A DNA stretch of 53,369 nucleotides, the filler included, from Jimgerdemannia flammicorona (taxonomy: Eukaryota), in NCBI GenBank assembly GCA_003990765.1. It is 3 parts of 3 records of this genome, joined end to end, with 100 filler letters (N's around TTAATTAATTAA, not from the genome) between each part and the next. Parts side by side here need not be neighbours in the genome. Positions count along the whole stretch, not along the records: positions 1 to 17,723 come from RBNJ01002437.1; 2 more parts are not named here. The stretch is one strand, 5' to 3'. Shown here piece after piece: positions 1 through 11,019 of the stretch (its first letter is position 1; each line of letters opens with the position of its first letter). Under the pieces are notes generated by a model that made no database searches, was not told the DNA's origin, and saw only the letters and a program-made list of their open reading frames with translations. The position numbers were made by a program, and so were the translations under genes.

Positions 1-210
1 GGTCGGGTTAAAGACGGGTGACGTACGTTTCCAGGTCGGGTTAAAGATGGGTGACGTATAATTCCGGGTCGGGTTAAAGACGGGTGACGTATTATTCCGG
101 GTCGGGTTAAAGACGGGTGACGTATTATTCCGGGTCGGGTTAAAGACGGGTGACGTATAATTCCGGGTCGGGTTAAAGACGGGTGACGTATAATTCCGGG
201 TCGGGTTAAA
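1..210. repeat. 33-bp tandem array, about 6.4 units (GGTCGGGTTAAAGACGGGTGACGTATAATTCCG)
   Basis: Units start at 1, 34, 67, 100, 133, 166 and 199, are nearly identical and have no spacers. Confidence 0.95.
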
Positions 211-245
211 TATGTACACGGGTCGGCTCGGGTTGCGATGCACTA
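1..245. mobile_element. Terminus of a hAT-type DNA transposon with subterminal repeats (truncated by contig start)
   Basis: Ends in GATGCACTA (reverse complement TAGTGCATC), resembling the TAGTGCTC termini of the TSD-verified hAT elements at 33137, 40645 and 51366. CpG-rich sequence switches abruptly to decayed LINE at 246. Confidence 0.6.
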
Positions 246-1930
246 TCTATAGCAATATTCTTAAGAGCCCTATCTCCTCTATCAGCCTGACAGAATATCT
301 ATCATCAGCCCTTTCTATCTTACCATTCTATCTCTCAACACTACTCTTCTCTTATTCTTGAATATATACTACTAGTATTTAGCCAACTCTATCTATATTA
401 TTAATACCTATCCAACAATAAGCCACTTATTATCAATATACTCTATCAACTATACTCTCAAGTTATTCTATCTCTCTCTCTTACTATCATCTTGCTATTA
501 TACTCTTAGATAACTTTTCATTAATATCTAAAAGTCACTAAATATCTATACTCTCTTAACTAATATTCTGGCATCTATACAATCTCTTTCTCTTACTCTA
601 CATTATAATAATTCTTATACTTAAAAACTCCTCTTTCTACCAAATACCCTGAGCTGAAGTTCAATATGATGTTTTTTCTCAAGATATATCACTACACTAT
701 TCAGAACTTAGAAGGAAGCTATTGCTATATCTCAGTACTCCAAGATCAGACTCTAGTCAAATCTCATACTTTATCAATATCTACTGACTGCTAGCCTATA
801 GGCTATAGATCCTGGCCCACTCTCTATTAATAATAAATATCAGTATTAATGTTAAAGTCTAATAGCAGTAAACCACTCAATAGAAATCTGTTCTATTTCT
901 ATATTATAGATCTTTATTATATCTCTCTCTTATTACTATATTAGCATAGACTAATACAGTGAGCCCCCTCTATCACTCTCTATTAGAATTCTTTAAACTA
1001 TAAGTACTGGCTACCTTCTAGTCTAATCAGTAATAATAAATTATCAGTTGAGCCCTTCAGAGAAAATCTAGCCTTCCAGACCTTCTGTATAATAGCACTT
1101 ACTCTTTACTCTATAACTCAATAGCTCTCTTTAGCCACCAAGCTCTAAGATAGTATAATCTCTTTGAAAAGTTCATCAGACCCAGACCACTCCTGTCTAC
1201 CAGAGTTGTCAATATCTTCCAACTTATCTAGCTCCTCTTCTCAACCCAAATCTAATTCTTAGCTATCTTCAACAATCTCTTAACTACTTATACTAGAAAG
1301 TCTAAGTGATAAGTCAGATTTTATAATATTTATAACTAGTAGATATTAAGATTGACATCTGTCTAGTAAGAGAGATATAGTATTTCTCTCAACTCTGAAG
1401 AGTCTTCTCCCATTCTATCACCTTTCTCTCCTACTAAATCCTAGGCAAGACAGATACATATATTGATAGAAATATGCTCAGATACTATACTACCTCTCTA
1501 GCAGAGACAATAGAGCCCACAATATTCTCACTAAACTAAACTATTTCTCAGTACTATTATTTTATACTTATATCAGTTGAGCTTGGTCTCAGAGTACTTC
1601 TTATATATATATATCAATCTATAGCAGTCCTCAGCCTACCAATATTACTAATAGAACTGAGTTTAACTACTATATTATCTGTAAAAGCCCCCACCTTCTA
1701 GTCAATCTCTAAGACTAAAAGCTCAACTATCTTATAATTAATTCTATCTATTAATAGCTCTAATAATAAAGTATATAGAATAAAGAACAGTAGGTCCTTT
1801 TAAGTGACCTCTCTTCTTAAAGAGAATGAGATACTATAATATCTATTATATAAGATTACTGTCTAGCTACTTGCTAAAAGACTGATTATCATCAACTGGA
1901 ACTAATGAGAGATACTAATTCTTTCTAATA
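246..1930 (-). mobile_element. Highly decayed L1/Tx1-like LINE fragment (RT region)
   Basis: Minus-strand remnants SFSLRREVT*KDLLFFILY (about 1780-1830; GVRQGDPLSP-like) and AFTDNIV (about 1670-1690; FADD-like), collinear with the LINE at 8800-9060. Confidence 0.65.
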
Positions 1931-1988
1931 TGTTTTTTTTTTTTTTTTATAGTCACTTGGACTTTGTCATTTATTACTAGTCTATTAA

Positions 1989-2868
1989 TATGGTTATAGT
2001 ATCACCTCTCACTACTCAATCTCCATAGGAGAGCCCCCCCCTACTCTTTTATAGATAAAGACTACTTTCTTACCCATTACTCCAACCCTCCTTCTACTCT
2101 GTTTACAGATTTTCTCTACTAAGCAATGTCTCTGACTACTCTGCAAACCCCAACCAAGCTACCAGCCTGTCATAGTGTCTTCTATAAGCCCATGCCATCT
2201 TGCCAGCCATACTCACAATCTCAGTCTCCTCTTATCCTCAAAAATAAATAACCAGTAATCTGCTAGCCTCATCCAAATTGCCAAAACCCAACCTAAGGTA
2301 AGCCACTCCTTCCCCACCCCCCCAACCAATCTATCCTGCAAATCCTCCCACTGATCCCTCATACTATCTCCCATATACACTATATCTAATTGATCTCCAA
2401 TAGCTCTCCAAAAGTCACTAAGTACCTCACACTCTTCTAGCCAATGTTCAGATGTCTGTATATATCTTCTTTCCTGCTCTACATTATGGTACTCCTTATA
2501 GTTGAAGTATCTCCCCTCAATAAGGTGATCTATGTGGAAGTTGAGCATAACATTCCTCTACAGCATATACCACTAGACCACTCAGTACTTTGGTGGCAGC
2601 CTCCTCCTCACCTCAGCACTCTAGGCCCAGACTCTATGTCAGTCCCACTCCTCTCTGATACCCACCAACTGCCACCCACTGGGCCACAGATCCTGGCCTG
2701 GCCCCCTCTAGCACTCGATCCCATTACTAATATCAAATTCAACTAAGGGAGTACCCCCTAACAATACTCAGTCCCATCTCCACATCACTGGGTCCCAAGG
2801 CATCTCCCCTTTATTTTCTTACCAGCATATTCCAATGTAGTGTACTCTCTCTGCTACCCCTCACTAGA
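1989..2868 (+). repeat. 880-bp direct duplication, copy 1 (left flank of PLE)
   Basis: TATGGTTATAG...CCCTCACTAGA matches 7347-8226, same length, differing by scattered mostly transition substitutions. Confidence 0.95.
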
Positions 2869-3368
2869 GGAGGAAGAAGGCCCAGCAGGAGCCAAGGGAG
2901 CGAACCCAGAGCCAGTGTCAAAGTGAATGGAAGACATGTGGAAAAGTGTATATAAGGGGGACAAACAAAGAACGTAACTGAAAATGCATCAGCCGTTTAT
3001 TGCTACATAAAAACGCGGTCCTTATATACAAAATACGACGTCCCAAAAGGGAGGATGCGCCACAACTCAGGGCGAACCGAATTAGGAACCACATGACCAC
3101 CGGAGATAGGTGGAGATAAAGGGGGAGCCAATCCCAGTTGCAGGATAAAAATCACAAACAAACACAAACAAAACAAATCCAAATCGAGATTAAAAAACAT
3201 CTGTAGACCCCGGAGGGGTGAGCACGAGCGAGGGGTGAGGCCGAAACGGAGTGAGCCACAGCGAGCCTGAGCAAAGCGAGGGGCCGAAGGCAGTGGAGGG
3301 GAGCAGAGTAAGGCCGAGACCCCGGAGCAAGTGCGAGACCCCGGAGGGGGCAAGGATGTTTTTTAATC
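2866..3368 (-). repeat. PLE pseudo-LTR, 3' copy (contains the RT stop, the 5' UTR and the start of ORF1)
   Basis: 503-bp direct repeat of 6524-7026. Confidence 0.93.
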
Positions 3369-5312
3369 CTCTCCAGCAGAACCGGAGGCACCAGAAGGTG
3401 ATGAAAATGCAAAACGAGAGCAATGGATTGAAGAAGAAACAGAAGGAAGACGCGAACGAGCAATCAGAGAATGTCGGGAAAGAGATGAAAGTCCATGGCA
3501 TGAAAGAGAAGAACGCAGGACGGTATCAGGGCATTGAGCGACCCAGCGAGTACAATCAAATGGTACAACGAGAATCGGGGGTGGAAAAGAAGAGGGGGTA
3601 TGGAGAGGGTAAGGGGGGAGAGAGGGAAGGGAGGGGGGATAAAGAGAAGAGAGTAGAGTAGAATGAACAACAGACCATTCAACAGAAGCAAGCAGATCAT
3701 GAATGATAGAAATAGGGTAGGCATGATGATGGACCACGAAGTTGCTAAGAATCCGAACAGCAGACACCCAATCAGAACGACAGAAGCAGCATAGTACAAG
3801 ACGACGAGCCTCACCCCGAATACATTCAAGAAGAGTGTGACGGGGATGGTTGGACAAGAAGTCAGGGAACTGTTGGGAATGGGGAAAACAAGAATAAACA
3901 ACAGTTCGGAAAGGAGAAAGAGAAATGGAAAGGTCTAAAAAGGGAATACTAGTTATACCACACACCCAGGTAATAGAATGGTGGAGAGGGTAGATGCTCA
4001 GGAATACACTAGGGATATCAACACCAGCAACAGCGAAGACAATAAAGTCATCAATGTATTGGCGAAAGAAGATATCTCCAGCCCAGAATGCAATGGAAAG
4101 AGGTGAAGTAATATCATGTAATGCATGCAATTCGTGGGCCAGGCCAACGAGGTTGGCAAGGGTGGGGGCACAATTCGTACCCATGGCAATACCAGAAGTC
4201 TGGTGAAAGGAGTCAAGGGCCGACTCAAAATAATTAAAGCTGCAGACGAGGAGCGTAAGCTCAACAATCGAAGCCAGCGAAACTGGGGAATCCAAAGGAA
4301 AAACCAAGGAACCCAAGAAGCGAAGGCAATCATCGATCTCATCAAAACGAATAGCAGTATAGAAGGAAGAGAAGTCACTAGAGGCCAAATGGGAAAAACG
4401 ATGAACAGGCACAATGGTGGAGCAGAGAAGGGCGAGCTCCTGAGTATTATGAAGAATAGTATACTCAGGCCCAAGACGGTGTTGTAAGAGAGCCATCCAG
4501 GAGAGAAAGAAGCGGGATAACCACTTCGAAATCTCGGTGATAGGAGAACTATAAGCAGCCGTAATAGGACACCAAGCCAAAACAGGCTTGTGAACTTTAG
4601 GAAGAGTATAGAAAACCAGAAGAGAAATATCCGGGGAGGACAAAGAGTCCTGGAAGAAGTTAAAAATAGGGTTCATGAATGGGAAATCCGAAAGCGATCT
4701 AGCATGAGCCAGAGAAACCCGAAGAAGAGTGAGAATTTCATCCAATCCAAGAGCACTAGGCTCATAAGCCGTGGCTTGAAGGAGGGCAGAAAGGCCATCA
4801 AGGTAGAGCAACTTAGGAATAAGTGCAAAACCCTGATTCTTATCAGTGACTGTGGGCAAATGCATAGGCAATTGCTTGACCGATTTAAGCATGGTATGCA
4901 CAGCACAGTCTGAAACCAAGCAAGAGCGAGCTCGTCTGGGAATGGACAGTGAGCAAGCCATGTCAAGGAATATGCAGTGTGAAGAGACATTGGGAGGGGG
5001 GACCCAATTGCTAGGAATAAAATAGTGAGAGGGCATCTCACCATGATCTTGAAAGAAAATGGCAAGATCAAGAGCATGATGAAAACGTGTTAGACGAGCC
5101 AGATCAGTGAAGGAGAATTGTGAGGGAGTCGCAGGAAAAACAAAGTGAGGACCCAAGGATAAGGCAAAGACTTGAAGGAGAGAAAGGGGGCAGTCAGCTG
5201 AAGAAAAAGGAGGAGACAAAAGAGTTCCAAGAGAAGAATAAACCTGAAAGTTCGGGACAAGCAACTGGGAAAGGCGAAGGGGGGACAACATGAGGAACCA
5301 CTCAGGGCACAC
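3363..5312 (-). CDS. Penelope-like reverse transcriptase, no C-terminal endonuclease
   Basis: 649-codon open frame with FYTLPKVHK, SSDFSSFYT, SGIAMGTNCAPTLANL, FRQYIDD, IPFLDL and PLE thumb SNHP...GEARRL...AYP. Start codon uncertain (GTG at 5312 or a downstream ATG). Confidence 0.9.
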   Translation of the reverse strand: MCPEWFLMLSPLRLSQLLVPNFQVYSSLGTLLSPPFSSADCPLSLLQVFALSLGPHFVFPATPSQFSFTDLARLTRFHHALDLAIFFQDHGEMPSHYFIPSNWVPPPNVSSHCIFLDMACSLSIPRRARSCLVSDCAVHTMLKSVKQLPMHLPTVTDKNQGFALIPKLLYLDGLSALLQATAYEPSALGLDEILTLLRVSLAHARSLSDFPFMNPIFNFFQDSLSSPDISLLVFYTLPKVHKPVLAWCPITAAYSSPITEISKWLSRFFLSWMALLQHRLGPEYTILHNTQELALLCSTIVPVHRFSHLASSDFSSFYTAIRFDEIDDCLRFLGSLVFPLDSPVSLASIVELTLLVCSFNYFESALDSFHQTSGIAMGTNCAPTLANLVGLAHELHALHDITSPLSIAFWAGDIFFRQYIDDFIVFAVAGVDIPSVFLSIYPLHHSITWVCGITSIPFLDLSISLSPFRTVVYSCFPHSQQFPDFLSNHPRHTLLECIRGEARRLVLCCFCRSDWVSAVRILSNFVVHHHAYPISIIHDLLASVEWSVVHSTLLSSLYPPSLPSLPPYPLHTPSSFPPPILVVPFDCTRWVAQCPDTVLRSSLSCHGLSSLSRHSLIARSRLPSVSSSIHCSRFAFSSPSGASGSAGED

Positions 5313-5377
5313 CAGAAGCGACGACGGAATCTGAGAAGGGATGGGGACACTGGGGGAGAACTACGCCAGGGGGAAGT

Positions 5378-6595
5378 TTAAGAGCGGAAGGCCTTCCCCT
5401 TCCCTCTGACTTTTTTTGAAGGTGGCGAGCCTGACGAATGAGAGCACACCCCATCAGAGTGCCAGACCTTGTGGCCACAGGCTTTCGTGCAGCCCTTACA
5501 TTCAGGGGCACGGGTGGAGGAGGCAGAGGAGGAACTGGTGGAGGAGGCCGAAGGTGAGTGAGCAGCCGAAGGGGCAGCAGTACGAGGAACACCACCATGA
5601 GGACAGACGGACTTGGCCGGGTGCCAGTAGGCACAGTAGAGGCGACCGGAGCAGACAGCACAAGGCCAGGCCCCGACAGGGCAAGAACCAAGTTGGCGGC
5701 TATGCTTGGGGGCAGGGGGAATGGAGGAGGAAGCCTTGGCAGGGGAGGGGGACCGGGAAGAAGCCAACGAAGCCTGGTTGGGCTTGGCGGGGGTCTTGGC
5801 AGGGGTCTTGGAGGGGGCCTTGGTGGCGGCAGTGGCAAAGGAACGAACCTCAGCACGAGTAGTGGCACGAGCTTCGGCACAGATGGCCTTGGAGACTGAA
5901 ACCTCAGGGGAGGTAGGCAGAGGAGCAGTGGCAGCGGCGCGAGCAGCGGCAGCAGCACGTGATGACTCCTGCTCATGAAGGCGAGCAACAAAAGAGGTGC
6001 CGGCGAGGAGGAAACGATGTATAGCGTCGATGTCAGCGGTGACAGAAGGAATGTCTTGGATGGTGAAGCCACAGAAGGGGGCAGCATCCGAAAGGTGAGA
6101 GGAGGCGAAGACCACAAAAGCGGCACAGGCACATTGGAAGGAGGTGGAAGTGGTGGCAGTGGAAGCAGTGGCAGCATCAGCGGCAGCAAGCTTGGCGGCG
6201 GCAGTGGTGGCACAGACCTCTTTGGAGAGGGCTTGGCGGCAGACCTCAGGGAGAACAGAGTAGCGGACGGCAGGCGGAGCGATGACATCGACATCATGGC
6301 AGAGATGAGCCTCCTTGGCGGAGAGGGCAAGAACCGACCAGAACTGAGAGAGGAGCGGATGACCAGAAGGACGAAGGTCCAGGGGGAGGGAAAGGATGGC
6401 AGAAGAGATGTAGGTCTCGAAGGAGACAGTGGCGGGGGTGAAGGCAGGGGGAGGAGGAGGAGGAAGTACCTCATCCATGAGCTCGTCGATGAGGATGGAG
6501 GCCCTGAGGGCAGGTGGTACAGCAGAGGAGGAAGAAGGCCCAGCGGGAGCCAAGGGAGCAAACCCAGAGCCAGTGTCAAAGCGAATGGAAGACAT
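5378..6595 (-). CDS. PLE ORF1: Ala/Pro/Ser-rich protein with two C-x2-C-x8-WH-x4/5-C zinc-finger-like motifs and a basic C-terminus
   Basis: Intact frame of about 405 aa; the ATG at 6595 is conserved in all three pseudo-LTR copies. Motifs CAVCSGRLYCAYWHPAKSVC, CKGCTKACGHKVWHSDGVC and PPSKKVRGKGK. Confidence 0.78.
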   Translation of the reverse strand: MSSIRFDTGSGFAPLAPAGPSSSSAVPPALRASILIDELMDEVLPPPPPPAFTPATVSFETYISSAILSLPLDLRPSGHPLLSQFWSVLALSAKEAHLCHDVDVIAPPAVRYSVLPEVCRQALSKEVCATTAAAKLAAADAATASTATTSTSFQCACAAFVVFASSHLSDAAPFCGFTIQDIPSVTADIDAIHRFLLAGTSFVARLHEQESSRAAAAARAAATAPLPTSPEVSVSKAICAEARATTRAEVRSFATAATKAPSKTPAKTPAKPNQASLASSRSPSPAKASSSIPPAPKHSRQLGSCPVGAWPCAVCSGRLYCAYWHPAKSVCPHGGVPRTAAPSAAHSPSASSTSSSSASSTRAPECKGCTKACGHKVWHSDGVCSHSSGSPPSKKVRGKGKAFRS

Positions 6596-7026
6596 GTGGA
6601 AAAGCATGTATAAGGGGGATGAACAAAGAACGTAACCGAAAATGCATCAGCCGTTTATTACTATGTAAAAACGTGGTCCTTATATACAAAATACGATGTC
6701 CCAAAAGGGAGGACGTGCCACAACTCGGGGCGAACCGAATTAGGAACCACATGACTGCTGGAGATAGGTGGAGATAAAGGGGGAGCCAATCCCAGTTGCA
6801 GGATAAAAATCACAAACAAACACAAACAAAACAAATCCAAATCGAGATTAAAAAACATCTGCAGACCCTGGAGGGGTAAGCGTGAGCGAGGGGTGAGGCC
6901 GAAACGGAGTGAGCCGCAGCGAGCCCAAGCGAAGCGAGGGGCCAAAGGCAGCGGAGGAGAGCGGAGTAAGGCCGAGACCCCAGAGCGAGCGCAAGACCCC
7001 GGAGGGGGCAAGGATGTTTTTTAATC
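6524..7026 (-). repeat. PLE pseudo-LTR, 5' copy
   Basis: Direct repeat of 2866-3368. Confidence 0.93.
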
Positions 7027-7345
7027 TCGATTTGGATTTGTTTTGTTTGTGTTTATTTGTGATTTTTATCCTGCAACTGGGATTGGCTCCCCCTTTATCT
7101 CCACCTATCTCCGGCAGTCATGTGGTTCCTAATTCGGTTCACCCCGAGTTGTGGCACATCCTCCCTTTTGGGATGTCATATTTTGTATATAAGGACTGCA
7201 TTTTTACATAGCAATAAATGGCTGATGCATTTTCGGTTATGTTCTTTGTTCATCCCCCTTATACACGCTTTTCGCATGTCTTCTGTTCGCTTTGACACTG
7301 GCTCTGGATTCGCTCCCTTGGCTCCCGCTGGGCCTTCTTCCTCCT
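7013..7345 (+). repeat. Inverted partial pseudo-LTR
   Basis: Reverse complement of 6526-6859, overlapping the direct copy by the 14-mer GATGTTTTTTAATC. Confidence 0.93.
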
Positions 7346-7346
7346 T

Positions 7347-8226
7347 TATGGTTATAGTATCACCTCTCACTACCCAATCTCCATAGGAGAGCCCCCCCCT
7401 ACTCTTTTATAGATAAAGACTACTTTCTTACCCATTACTCCAACTCTCCTTCTACTCTGTTTACAGATTTTCTCTACTAAGCAATGTCTCTGACTACTCT
7501 GCAAACCCCAACCAAGCTACCAGCCTATCATAGTGTCTTCTATAAGCCCATGCCATCTCGCCAGCCATATCCCCAATCTCAGTCTCCTCTTATCCTCAAA
7601 AATAAATAACCAGTAATCTGCTAGCCCCATCCAAATTGCCAAAACCCAACCTAAGGTAAGCCACTCCTTCCCCACCCCCACAACCAATCTATCCTGCAAA
7701 TCCTCCCACTGACCCCTCACACTATCTCCCATATACACTATATCTAATTGATCTCCAATAGCTCTCCAAAAGTCACTAAGTACCTCACACTCTTCTAGTC
7801 AATGTTCAGGTGTCTGTATATATCTTCTTTCCTGCTCTACATTATGGCACTCCTTATAGTTGAAGTATCCCCCCTCAATAAGGTGACCTATGTGGAAGTT
7901 GAGCATAACATTCCTCTACAGTATATACCACTAGACCACTCAGTACTTTGGTGGCAGCCTCCTCCTCACCTCAGCACTCTAGGCCCAGACTCTATGCCAG
8001 TCCCACTCCTCTCTGATACCCACCAACTGTCACCCACTGGGCCACAGATCCTGGCCTGGCCCCCTCTAGCACTCGATCCCATTACTAATATCAAATTCAA
8101 CTAAGGGAGCACCCCCTAATAATACTCAGTCCCATCTCCACATCACTGGGTCCCAAGGTATCTCCCCTTTATTTTCTTACCAGCATATTCCAATGTAGTG
8201 TACTATCTCTGCTACCCCTCACTAGA
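7347..8226 (+). repeat. 880-bp direct duplication, copy 2 (right flank of PLE)
   Basis: Matches 1989-2868; the LINE continues uninterrupted from 8227. Confidence 0.95.
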
Positions 8227-9572
8227 AGCCTTTGTGTCTCATGTGTCTAGTGTTCTGAAGCCCAACCAATGATAATAGATCTCCTATAGAGCCTCTCAGT
8301 GAGGCCCTTATCTCCCAGACCTTCTGTAATAGGGGGACCCAGTCACTCCCTCTCAACTCCACCACTCTCTTCAACCTCTATGCTCTCAAGCAGTACAGTC
8401 TCTTTAGAAAGTCAACCAGCCCAAGGCCTCCTCTCATCACTGGTAAGAACAAAACCTCTCAGCTGATCTGACTCCTTCTCTCAGCCCAGATCCACCCCTT
8501 GGCCAGTTTCATTAGTCTCTTCACCACCCAGGCTGAGAAGTCCAGGTAATAGACTAGATACCATAACTTTGGCAACCAGTAGATATTCAAAATCAAGACA
8601 CACCTCACCAAAGATAGATGGCAATCACCCCAACTCTGCAAGGCCTCTTCTCAGATTGTTATCCTTTGCTTTCATCAAAGTTTTGATAGAACTAACCCAT
8701 ATACTGACAAATAGATACCCAAGTACTACACTGCCTCTCCAGCAGAGACAATTGTTCCAATGACATCCCCTCTTACCAGACCATTGCCTAACACTATCAT
8801 TTTGCACTTATGCTAATTGAGTTTAGCCCCAGAGTTCACCTCATACCACTCCACTGTCTCCTTGAGCTCCTCTATATCAGCAATGGATCCCAGGCTGACT
8901 ACCATATCATCTACAAAGGCACCAACTTTCCACCTAATTCCAAAGACTGAGAGCCCAACTATCTTTCATCTAATCCTATCTATTAGAAGTTCCAGGGAGA
9001 GAGTATACAGAATGGGAGACAGTGGGTCTCCCTGGAGTACACCTCTATCCAGGAGAAATACCATCTCTCTATGCCCATTATATGCAAGAAAAGTAATAGG
9101 TAGGTTGAGGTGATAAATGGTCTGATAGTCTTTAAGAGAGTAAGGGTAGGGAAGAGAGAGTATATTAGAGTAGAGTAAAGTGGAGTTAAGATGGAACTAT
9201 TAATGTAGTATAAAGATCTTGAGTTTGTTATAGATTAGTTAATAAAGGAGCCTAGTATTCATAAAAGAGAAATAAAGTAAAATAAAATAAAATAAAATAA
9301 AATAAATAATTATTAAGACTGAAAAAAAAAAAAAAAAAAAAAATAAAAAAAATAAAAAAAAAAAAAAAAAAAAAAACCTATTAGATGAATTGTTTGAGTT
9401 ATAGATAATAGAAAATTAGTTATAAAAAAGGATATTTTTCTAAAATTTTTAATTATTTATAATTAGAACTTTAAGAATTTGATCTGAGTTTATTTATTAA
9501 AAATATTAAAAATATTTATATTAATAATCAGGTTTATAGTTCTGAACTTATAATTGTAAAATAAATTACTAT

Positions 9573-10969
9573 TGTAACAAACCAAAATGTACCACCTAAA
9601 TTATAACTTAGCCAGATGATATGAACAATTAGCATATTTAGCCAACATGATGTGACTACTAGTATATTATAGTTACTCATACCTACCATACTTATAATTA
9701 GCCAGGATATCAGACCAGGGTTGTTTATCTGTATCCTGAGGACACATCTGTGTCTGGCAGACACACTCATGTCCTGTGGATACCTCATGTCCTGTAGATA
9801 CACTCATACCCAGAGGATATACCAAAACATTACCAGAAGTAGTAAATCTATAGTTAGCCACATAGTAACCAGATAGCAACCAATCTATATAAAAATACCT
9901 AGAGACAAGAGTGAATAAACCTCAGTCTGAAATATAAATACTAAAGAAGCCTCTAAAGATTGAGCATTGGTCCCCTTTCCACTCCAGTCTACTTTTCAAT
10001 ACAAAGCCTTGCTGAAGATTTGCTGCTAAGTTTGAGAAAGAACTTCACTATCTTTGGAATTATTGGTACACTTGTCAGACTAAGCCTGAAGAATCTGAGT
10101 TTACTGCCCAAGTTCAAGGAAGAACTTTGCCACTGTTTCCAAGTTATTCTCTACATTCCCAGAAAGCCTAAGAGAAAGCCACCTTGCTTAAGCCAGTTTC
10201 TGATACAACTTCACAGTGAATCTGTTTGCACAAATAAAGTCAGTCTTAGATGTAACTTTGCCAAGAGACCCTTTCCCAAAGCCACCAGTTGTTTATATTC
10301 CCAGAAAGCCTGCTGATTCAGGAAGAATCCACGATATCTGAGTTATCTATACCATCTAAGTTATTATTCTCAGAAGAGCTCAATTCAGAAAAACTCACAC
10401 CATCCAAGTTATTTCCCAGTTAAAGCTGCTGCTTTCAAGAAGCCTGTCAATTCAGGAGAATCCATGACATCCAAGTTATTTATTATTCCCAGTGAGCCCA
10501 AGAAGAATCTGCTACCAGCATAATTCCCAGTAAGAAGAATCTGTATTAAATTAAGTTATCTGCCAAATTATCAGAATATCTCATATAAGGAACCCATTTG
10601 TACTATACAGAGATCATCACATAGAAATTGTATACTTTCGGAGATCACCACCCAAGAAGGAGAACTGCTAAATCACCAGACCATCACACACAGAGATTGT
10701 CATACTATATATGAAATTCTATCAATTCCCAGATTGACCCAAGAAGGAAATCCATTTATACACAAATTGCTGCTATACCCAGAGAACTGTCCCAATAAGG
10801 AAATTGCTTGCTGATATTCAGTTTTGACTATTATACTACTAAATACCACTAAGGATCTCAGGAATCTTAGAACATTTTGTTGCTTTTTGACAAAGTAACT
10901 GGGGGCTCAAGCCAAACTACATCAATCCCCAACCTTGTAATTTGCCTCCATTGAGCTAGGCATATTACA
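9573..10969 (+). repeat. Putative 5' LTR of gypsy family B
   Basis: TGTAACA...TATTACA termini, TATA/AATAAA module at about 9886-9928, followed by a TGG-initiated PBS. No second copy is present to confirm the left edge. Confidence 0.6.
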
Positions 10970-10971
10970 TT

Positions 10972-10980
10972 TGGGGGCTC
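10972..10980 (+). promoter_or_regulatory. Primer binding site TGGGGGCTC (tRNA-Pro-like)
   Basis: Lies 2 nt after the LTR CA end and matches the first 9 nt of the canonical Pro PBS. Confidence 0.55.
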
Positions 10981-11019
10981 CAATGGGAAGATTTCAAAAT
11001 TGATGTGACTTTTCAGCTC

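Larger units (their letters stand above)
2866..7345 (-). mobile_element. Penelope-like retroelement lacking a recognisable GIY-YIG endonuclease (Coprina/Athena-type organisation)
   Basis: PLE-type RT ORF with an upstream ORF1, 503-bp direct pseudo-LTRs (2866-3368, 6524-7026) and an inverted partial pseudo-LTR (7013-7345). Confidence 0.88.
1933..9125 (-). mobile_element. L1/Tx1-like LINE, 5'-truncated and pseudogenised, interrupted by the PLE
   Basis: Poly(A) tail seen as a T-run at about 1933-1948. Minus-strand RT motifs FLLDRGVLQGDPLSPILYTLSLELL (about 8985-9060) and FVDDM (about 8900-8917); many in-frame stops. Confidence 0.8.

Noticed and set aside
1..210. CRISPR array or telomere repeat
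   Set aside because: Units are contiguous with no unique spacers, the context is eukaryotic, and the array ends in a hAT-like terminus.
2866..3368. Hammerhead ribozyme in the PLE pseudo-LTR
   Set aside because: No CTGANGA core paired with GAAA found by eye on either strand (closest are CTGATGC and GTGAGGCCGAAAC); an Infernal search is needed to exclude variants.
5302..6579. 425-aa Leu/Pro-rich ORF and plus-strand Gly-rich ORFs overlapping ORF1
   Set aside because: Shadow frames expected from C-rich, stop-poor composition; no motifs.
2866..7345. DIRS/Ngaro tyrosine-recombinase element, suggested by inverted and split repeats
   Set aside because: RT motifs are PLE-type, and no RNase H or tyrosine recombinase is evident.
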